DNA of 64,000 bases from Octopus vulgaris (taxonomy: Eukaryota). The notes under the pieces were generated by a model. It searched no databases. It was not told where the DNA came from and saw only the letters and a list, made by a program, of their open reading frames with translations. Shown here piece after piece: positions 54,931-64,000 of this stretch; position 1 is the first letter of the stretch, and every line of letters starts with the position of its first letter. A program made the translations under genes and the position numbers. The stretch lies in assembly GCA_951406725.2 (NCBI GenBank), contig OX597814.1:36828001-36892000 (forward strand), given 5' to 3'.

Positions 54931-56804
54931 CAATAGGGGGATATTATATACAAAGATACATATAATCATATTCATATTCATATATACACATATATATATA
55001 ATTATGGATCTCTGTATGTATACTTGTATGTATACATATGTAAATGAGAACAATAAAAAAACAACAGATTGATAATGTGTCAGTTAACTACAACTGTTTC
55101 CAACGATTATTTTAATTGATTAATAGAGACATTACATCATTAGAAAAACTGTTTTCATTGGATAAATACATGAACCACAAAATTCAAAAACAATCTAACG
55201 CCAACGGCATGTGCACCTTCATGATTCTATGACCTTTGCTGGTGAAGGAATGAATTTGCTATTTCAGTTTGGTAATTTTATATGAGAAAATACCTCTATG
55301 TCTCCTGTGGGTAGGGAATTAACGAAGATTTACAGAGATGAAAGAGGTTACATGAGGAATCAAATAGCGAAACATCTCGTCCCTACAACTACAAAAGTTA
55401 GTTTCTTTTATCTTTTAACTCTATTCGACAAACTGTTTTAGGGCTTAGTACAAAGGCTAAGGTCACCCAGGTAATTATATATTTACTTATTTAACACGCT
55501 TCTTTATGACGCTTTTAAAGCCAGAAAGACCATAAACTATAGGCATTAAGTCTCAGATTCTATGATAGAGGGAAGGATATGAAACGAGAAGAGTGGCCAC
55601 CATCTTATAATAATTCCGCTTGTCATTACGTTACTTAGCTCGTCGCTAACGCTTTCATGTGATCAGAGAAAACGAGGGGGAAAGAAAGCAGAGAGAGAGA
55701 TATATATATATAGAGAGAGAGAGAGAAGGAGAGAGAAGAGTCCATGACGTGAGTTAGAGGGAATGTAATTGTAACACTTTCACGTGATTAGATGAAGGGA
55801 AAGTGAGGAGAAAGACGAATGAGACAGAAAAAGGGAGAGACATAACGATGGAGTGAGAAAAAGAGGGAGGAAGAAGCATCCCTTACGTGAGCTAGGGGGA
55901 ATGTATTATATATTCTGTAGTTAAAAAAGTTATTTCAAGGTAGTGATACAGAAAAGTAGGGTTAAAAACATAGTTTTAGCAGAGGGACGATGTTCTGATG
56001 GTGTGGTTAAAGAAAGGCAAGGAGAGAGAGGGGAATATAGATAGAGAGAGAGAGAGAGAGAGAGGGGTGGGAGATAGATAGAAAGATGATGGTGATGATG
56101 GTAGTGGTGTCGGAGGTGGAGTTGGTCTTTGGAGGTGCTAGGTGGCAGAGGTGAGTGCGTAGTGAAAAGTGTATTTTCTTTAATTGAACTAAATTTTTTA
56201 TATCACCTGTCACTTAACGTATACGCATAAGCGCAATTTCGCGAAATATTCATGCTTATTTACGCAGCAGATACATGCAATTTAATTAAAGGATGTATGA
56301 TATGTACGGGATATATTTTTACTTGCTTACGGAAAAAAATGGAAAAATAAGGGCGAATATTTAATTTCAGTGTTGTGTATTAAGCATATAAAATTGTGCA
56401 TAAAGTATATAAAGTGTATATATACGTGCATTAAATAATCTTTTTATTCCAATTTCTTTCACTTTTCAATGAAACATAGACATAGACACATCACAGGCTA
56501 CGCTTTCAGGTCTTTTGGAATAAGTTATCAGAAATAATCCAATAGGTTTACCATTAATTCCGTGAAATATACACGGGCCCCGCCAGTATTTATAATTTGT
56601 TAAATAAAGAAGTATACAATAAAAACTTATAAGAAATCAGAAATATTGAATTTCTAAATCTCTCGTAGAGACATGTGCGGTGGTGGGGAGATAGAATGGT
56701 TGTATACTGTCAATCTAGTGTATCCCCTACTGTCACGTTCTTGTTAGATTGACAGTATACAACCATTTTATAAGAAATCAAATGGATAAAAGTAAAAGAA
56801 ATAT

Positions 56805-57019
56805 TATCTTCTACACTAGGTACAAGACCCGAAAGTTTGGGGGAGGGGGCCAATCGATTAACTCGACCCCAATACGCTGCTTGTGCTTAATTTATCGATC
56901 CCGAAAGGATGAAAAGCAAATTCGTCCTTGGCAAAATTTGAACTCAAAACGTAAAAACAGAGGAAATACCGAACAGCATTTCGCCCGATGTGCTAAGGTT
57001 TCTGCCAGCTCGCCGCCTT
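56805..57019 (-). mobile_element. SINE family A (tail type 2)
   Basis: TTCTGCCAGCTCGCCGCCTT head and CCGAAAGGATGAAA core. Confidence 0.85.
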
Positions 57020-57359
57020 ATAGTAAAAAGAAGTATTATGAAAGAAAAAGTATTAGAATGTTAAAAAAAGTTACGCAATAATAAAAAATGGAATTGGTAG
57101 ATAGTGACTCTGCAAATAATATTGTAGGATTAAAAAAAAAATTAAAACGTAGTTAACGGGTATGATAAGTAGTTAATGGATATGAATTTGCGGTTATGAT
57201 AAGACACCAAAACATAATTAAATGTAATAAAGCATAAAGCTATGGTATGAGGCCAAGAAGTATGAGGCAATTCATTACATAATAGACGAAACTTAGCACC
57301 AAATAAGTATAAAGCAGTTACAAAAGGTTTATTAAAGTAATCAAAATATAAGTAACTAA

Positions 57360-58304
57360 ACAAAACTTCAGATCGAGTCTGGGAGGGCGTACTATATAAC
57401 TACGTTGTTGATTCTAGTACACAGACCGAGATAGAATGTAAATATAGAGTATAGTTGCCAGAAAGGTAAGATAAGACAGGGGTTAGTGGGTCATGTAATG
57501 ATTTAAATATATTTAAAAGTACTGATGAATTTGTGAAGGCACGAGACTGTAAGATCTAAATTATTATTAATTAAATTATGACTGTTCCTTTTTCTTAATA
57601 TTTCGTATAGCTCCATAGTCTGAACCTGTACCTACTAGTGGAGTATGCTTGATCCCTATGAATTATGTCGAACCTAATATTATTATCTTTAAGTTCCCGA
57701 ATCCTCCTAGATAAACATATACTATTTGCCTCTTGTCTCAGTTTAAAAGAAGCAAGATGACTGCCCAATCGCTTCTTTAGGACTACAGGACAACCGATAT
57801 AAGTGCGAGTATTAGCCTCTGTCATAATGGTACACTTATGGATTTCATTTTTGGCTAGAAATCGACGTTGAAGCGACAATTGCTTCTATCTAGCCAATTA
57901 CATTTATTAGTGGCAATCATGTTATTATTATTACAAGCTTCAGCATCGATATTATGTTCTGTAGCAAAATTATCGTATGTAATACTGTTAATGTCTATCT
58001 ATGTATTATAGCTGCTATCAGAGTTTCTGTGTTATATTGTTAGAGTTGTTATATTGTCATTTGTTATATCAGGCGAATCAACCCGCACATTATGATTAAA
58101 ATCGTTAGGAATTACACAAGAGTGTATCGGCTGCGGTTCGGGGGATGATTGTACCATAAATCATTAATCACATTCGGTCTTTTTTATACTAGTTTTTACA
58201 TAAGGCAGTGCAGAAACAGCTTTATTAAAGCATGATCCTTGCTATTTTTTGTGCTCGAGTGTGAAGATTCCATTCTACCGTTATATTCAGCCTTAAGTTG
58301 TTTT

Positions 58305-58369
<65 letters not shown>

Positions 58370-58975
58370 GGTAAAGCGACATTTATGTGGTTAGAACCAT
58401 AACTGTTCAAATAGTCATTATTTGTAGAGTTACAGGGAGACTCCCTATTTGTGTGATCCTTGTCATGAAAGTAATATTAGCGGCTACAATTTTATTATTA
58501 CGAGAAAGTGCTATTTTTCTCTACTTCAGGCCTGATATTATCGTGTTATTAGGTGGGGTAGATGAGGAGGTTCAAGTTTACCCACAGGAAAATATACGGT
58601 TTTATTTACGAGGGTGGGCGAAATTCTCATCTAATATCCGAAATAATATTCTGCATATATTGGTGGATGTTGAGTAATTGAAGTGCAGGTTAAACAAGAT
58701 TACATCAGCTTTACTTATAATTTTGCCGCCATGTCGACTATAATTACTCTACTTACGGTTGGTTCTTGACTTATACGATATCTGCTCATACCTATTCTTA
58801 GCAAAATTGTTAATAATACTGCTATTGCTAGTGTTACTATAATTGTCTATATCCAGATCCGCTTTGATTGTACATTTGTTAACCAACATATTTCCTTTAT
58901 TATCTAGGCATATAAGGCTATTTTTTAGAGAAGGGATTTTATTCACCCCTGCTAAAATGTCTTCTAGTAGACCAG
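57360..58975 (-). mobile_element. Penelope-like remnant (linker + GIY-YIG), divergent lineage
   Basis: IHKCTI...RTYIG...KKRLGSHLASFK...ANSICLS..IRELKD, with upstream STNICRILFRILDENF linker-like motif. Confidence 0.75.
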
Positions 58976-58984
58976 AGGATTTGG

Positions 58985-59673
58985 CTACTATTTATGCTAG
59001 TCCTAGATCAAAAAGTTAACACAAGAAATGACAGATTGTTATGTGCAGAGCCTTCTGAAGTTTCAAGTCTTATGCATACAAAACGTCCTGTAACTGTCAT
59101 GGTTTTAGGGGTTGTCAACAATGAAATACATGTGATGTCTCGTTACTTCTTTCCACAAGGCATTAGAGTTAACTCTTGGCAATAATTGTCAAGCACTATG
59201 TAGACACTGTATGCAATGGAAAGCCATATGTGTTTCAGCAAGACTCTGCACTATCGCATGTGACTCTAGTAACACATGAATGGATGGTTGAACATTTTCA
59301 CGATCACATAATCCCTAATATATAGCCTCCTAATTCCTCAGATCTCAATCTCTTGGAATATTATATGTAGAGCGTTGTTGAGAGAGAGATCAACGAATAT
59401 GCCTATAATACCAAAGATTCTTTGAGAGCTGCCATAGTCAGAGTAATGTCAAAAATGAACCAGGACAAGTTGATTCGATCATGTACACGATTTAGATCTG
59501 ATATAGAAGTAGTTGCTGAAACTGAAGGTGGCTTTATTGAATAAAGTTATATATAAAAATAAAGGTTTATGTTGATCCTCATAGCATTTTTTTAATATAA
59601 AGTTTATTATCTGTTATTATATATCAGTTTTTTTATAAACATAACTCTGTCCTCAAATATCTTACGCATCCCG
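58985..59673 (+). mobile_element. maT/DD37D-like Tc1-mariner 3' half
   Basis: NTRNDR, TKRPVTVMVLGVV, VFQQDSA-N-PPNSSDLNLLEYY with 37-residue spacing. Ends CATCCCG-TA. Confidence 0.8.
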
Positions 59674-61517
59674 TATAAACGTATAGACATTTATATCTTT
59701 AAACATGATACTTGCCTTGTTACATGCGTATGGATTATAAGAAGCAAGAACCTAAACATGTATCTCATTCTTCCTCCGATGAATAGATCGCAGATATACA
59801 GTTAGGTACCACTTGTTCTGCATAACATGTGCCATCCGCATATCTTTTCTTCAAACAGCCATTATTGACTTTCTGCATATCTGTCTTCTTCCTTCCTTCT
59901 TATGATCAATACTGATGTTTAAAGACATAAATACCAAAATCTAACCTGATGCCAGATGATATGCTTCTTTACACTTATATTTTATTATTTGCTCAGTTAA
60001 TAGTGTACCTATCGCCAATCGTCATTATACAGCGGTAATTTCCTCGTTTTTAGTTTCATTCACGTTGGAGTTTTAGGCTTGAAGTCAAACTTTAACGCCA
60101 GCTGCTTGCACCTATTTCTGTATTTCATCAAACTAGGTATACACGCACGCGCATAAACACAGACACATTGCACTCTCTCTCTCTCTCTCTCTCTCTCAAA
60201 CACACATATATGTATTCAATTCAAATAAAAGAACGATAAATTTGGCAAAACTGACAACATGTGGACGTGCACAAGAAATGCATTAGTTTGACGTTCAGCT
60301 AAAATAAAGAATTGCCCCGAAAGAATGTAAAGACAGGCATATATTTTAAAGGTGTAGAGCATTAAAATTTGCACATGTTGTTAAAGTCTCACATCTCAGA
60401 TAGGAATTTTGATTCCCGTTCCGCTTTGCTAGAGACAAATAATGAATCTCAGGCGGAAATACACGGCATGTTTTGAAGAAAAATACGTACAAGTTCTCCA
60501 TCACAAAATTCTACAGGTCTTTGCCGGAGATGCCACTTTTCCAGTGACAGTGTGAACAGGTGAATGCTAAAGTCCAACAACAAATTGGTTGACCATCAAA
60601 TCGACCACTGACACGGATTGTCTAGGAATGAACGAATTTATTCGCGTGGACAAGCAATTCATAATTCTTGACCTTGCTACACTGCAAGACTAATCAAATG
60701 AATTTTTAAAAATGGCGACTGACCTGGGGTATCAGATAGACAATATGCACCAAATTAGTACATTGGAAGTTGTCATTCGATTCGAAGGGTCGTTCCGAAG
60801 TCTGCTGTGATATGCTTGAAACTTGTAGTGAAAACAAATAGTTTTCAGACCTCTTCATAACTCGTGATGAAATTCAAGCGTATGTTTATGATACAAACAA
60901 AAAACCGAATGCTTAAGAAATTTAATGGCATCACATCTATTCTCCAGGACACAAGACGTCCAGGAGCTACTGATGGATAGACAGTCATAGTGTCTGTTTA
61001 GATGGATAACAAAGAAAATATTCCGAAACATGAGTATAGTAGGTAGGAGGATAGTGGAACATTGAGACGATCAGAAAGATTAGGAAGCTATCAGGAGGGA
61101 CAGATCGAAAAAAATTTTTTAAATGATCTATATTCCTCTGAAAATACGTGCTCACGCGCAAATCTGGTAAGAAATCAGACAACAGAAATATTAGCCTGGG
61201 TACTGGTCATCTATAAAACTGGCGGCTTGGACCTGGCGTCCGGCGTATCACACCTGTTTTGTTTAATGAATGGCAGTCTCCTTGGACAAAATTTTAACAG
61301 AACAGAAGCGTTGAAATTGTTTTTGAAGACATGAGTATAACGGTGCGGAGCTGAAATTTTTTTCAGTCAGTTTCGAAAATTAGAGCAAATATCAACAATG
61401 GCTCAAACACATCGCTTGTAATAAACACCATTTTAAAATTTAAATGCTCATTTAAACGACGCATGTCAGTTCAGAAATAAATTGTGATTATGCCCAGCAT
61501 CAAGTATACACTTTGCA

Positions 61518-61562
<45 letters not shown>

Positions 61563-61563
61563 C

Positions 61564-61607
<44 letters not shown>

Positions 61608-61609
61608 CC
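61518..61609. repeat. (ATCT)n microsatellite
   Basis: Direct. Confidence 0.95.
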
Positions 61610-63815
61610 TATGGCGCTTGTCATCGAGAAACTGGTCGACAAGGCGCAAACATGCGCCGTGCCAGGCCGGACCATCCATGACAACCTCCATCTGATGCGC
61701 TACATCATAGACAGGGTAGTTAACGAACCTGGCATGGGTGGGGCCCTGATCAACTTGGATCAATCGAAAGCCTTTGATAGGGTAGACCATCGATACTTGG
61801 AGGCAGTCCTGAGAGCGGCTGGTTTCGGTCCCGTCTTCCGCGGCTGGATAGCTGCCTTGTACAGAGGCATCCGTTCGGTAATTCGCGTAAATGGACATCT
61901 ATCGAGACCTTTCGACATTGCACGTTCGGTCCGTCAGGGATGCCCCCTCTCGGCGCTTCTATACGTATTGACTCTTGAGCCACTACTGCGGAAGCTGGCG
62001 ACTCTAAGGGGCATCCCGCGAGAATTGGGATGCGGGACGAGCGTGTCTGCATACGCGGACGACGTCACCGTCATAGTGTCTAGCCACGAGCACATCGAGC
62101 TGGTCGGCGAGACACTGAAAAACTACGAAGCGGTGACAGGAGCGAAAATCAACCGGGAAAAGTCAGTGGGCTTGCGACTAGGCACCTGGAGAAGCAAGCC
62201 CATGCCGTCCACTAGCGCCTCCGTTGTGGGACGCTGGACCGACGGCCCGGTTGAGTTGCTCGGGGTCTGGTTTGGTCCGGACCTCCAAGTGGAGAAGAAC
62301 TGGAACGAGATAACGAGTAGGGTGGTCACTCTCGCCCGGCAATGGGCCGAGAGGAAACTGTCCCTAAAAGGTCGAGCGGAGGTGGCGAACACGTACATCG
62401 CGTCCGTCATCTACTACCGCCTGACCGTCGTACCTTGTCCCGACCCTACCATCACCAAACTACAACGCATCCTCTTTCGCTTTTTGTGGAAAGGATGCGT
62501 CCCGATGGTCAGGTGATCCATTTGCTGTCAACACCCGTTAAAAGGAGGGCTGGGCATGCCGTGGTTGATGATGCGCAGACACGCGCTGAGACTGCGACAT
62601 CTCTGGCTCTATGTAGACGACGGTGAACAGGTGTGGTCGCCGTTTGTGAGGCACGCTTTCCCGCAGCTCGTCTCCATGACCGAACTGCAGTCGTGGATCA
62701 AAAAGAGGCCGAGGAAGGGCGAATGGCACCGCGAGTGTCGCGTTGCTCTCAAGCAACTCTGCCGTCCTGGGTCGACCTTAAGTGACTTCAACACAACCAA
62801 AGCATTCTATAGGGGTTTAGTGGAGGGGAGGTACGACGACGAGCTCGGGGCGAACCTGGACGTAGACGAGGAGTACCTGACCCGCCTGTTCAGGACGACT
62901 TTCGGGCCAGGGCCCATGGACAACTTCCAGAGATCCCTGGCCTGGCAGTGCTACCGAGAAGCGCTACCCGTTCGGGATAAGCTCTACAGACACGGCTCGA
63001 GAAACACGGGGCCGACCTGCCCGAGATGCGGTCAGAGCGACGAAACCGTTCTGCACGCACTCGTTCAGTGTCCAACAATTTCCGACCTGTGGGCTTGTGT
63101 CGAACAACTGCTGTCACGTGTGGGACGAGTCGGTTTATCAGCTGAGTCTATCGTCAATATTGTCACGCCTCCTTCCTTCAAACGGGAAGGAAGAGCTATT
63201 TTCATCATCCTTGTGGCTATGGCGAAAGAATGTATCTGGTGGACGCGTCTGAAAGGATTGGAGACAAAGACTTTCCTCTCTGGTCAATCTCTCATCAACT
63301 TCTTCAAGTACCACTTGAAAAGGAAAGTGAGAGTAGAGAGGCAAGTTTTGTCTAGCGAATATTTTAAAAAAAGATGGGTGAATGTAGCAAGAATGGCACG
63401 TATGAATGACGAAGCCACCTTGAGCATAGTCCTATGAACCCAGAAATCGAAAACAGAGAGTTGCTTATTTGCAAAAAAAAAAAAAAAAAAAAAAAGAAAT
63501 ATAAAATGTGACTTCATTGACCGAGGTTACCGTGGTCTTTTCCGTAGGCTTTTCTTTCCACGGGTAAACCTCACCTGTCCTCCCCTTTACACTTCATATT
63601 GACATTTCTGTGATAACGATCCCTATTGATCAATTTTTTTCCTCCCCCCTTTTTTAACCCCCCTTTTTGGGCCTCTTTCTCTCCTTTTACGATCCCTTTT
63701 GATCGAAACTCCCCCTTCCTTTTTTTTTTTTTTTTTTTCTAACCCTTCAAAAGAAAAGCTCTACCTTGTAATTTGTTCTATCTGTGTGCAGCCCGGTGTG
63801 GCTAATAAAGAAACA
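61610..63815 (+). mobile_element. Tx1-like LINE, 5'-truncated, young
   Basis: RT + zinc-finger ORF2, pyrimidine-rich 3' UTR, AATAAAGAAACA end, (ATCT)n on both sides. Confidence 0.95.
61611..63437 (+). pseudogene. Tx1-type ORF2 C-terminal part (RT, zf-RVT) with one in-frame stop
   Basis: LDQSKAFDRVDH, VRQGCPLS, YADDV, KLSLKGRAEV, GGLG, CPRC..ETVLHALVQC. The two ORFs are in the same frame, separated by TGA at 62514. Confidence 0.93.
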
Positions 63816-63823
63816 TATCTATC

Positions 63824-63892
<69 letters not shown>

Positions 63893-63899
63893 ATATCTT

Positions 63900-63986
<87 letters not shown>

Positions 63987-64000
63987 ATCTATCTATCTAT
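63816..64000. repeat. (ATCT)n microsatellite
   Basis: Direct. Confidence 0.97.

Noticed and set aside
57522-57555. CTGATGA as a hammerhead core
   Set aside because: No convincing stem II or GAAA follows
62514-62516. In-frame TGA as selenocysteine or programmed readthrough
   Set aside because: The sibling copy has a sense codon (CTA) here, so a point mutation is the simpler explanation

Overview
AT-rich, microsatellite-saturated eukaryotic intergenic or intronic DNA, most likely octopus (inferred from recognisable SINE sequences and repeat landscape). No host gene could be supported, and most listed ORFs are microsatellite translations. The window holds Tc1/mariner relics (4.1, 15.2, 49.3, 51.5, 54.3, 59.0 kb), an R4/Dong-like retrotransposon array in (CATA)n, Tx1-like LINEs tied to (ATCT)n, three divergent Penelope-like relics and many tRNA-derived SINEs. 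Most notable: (1) a fold-back element with a tRNA-like Pol III head and a minimal hammerhead-like tail nested in a Penelope GIY-YIG domain; (2) a SINE whose 3' tail matches the Tx1 LINE 3' end; (3) two apparently microsatellite-targeting LINE families; (4) a locally templated two-orientation insertion. All alignments were done by eye, no searches were run, and boundaries of degenerate elements are approximate.
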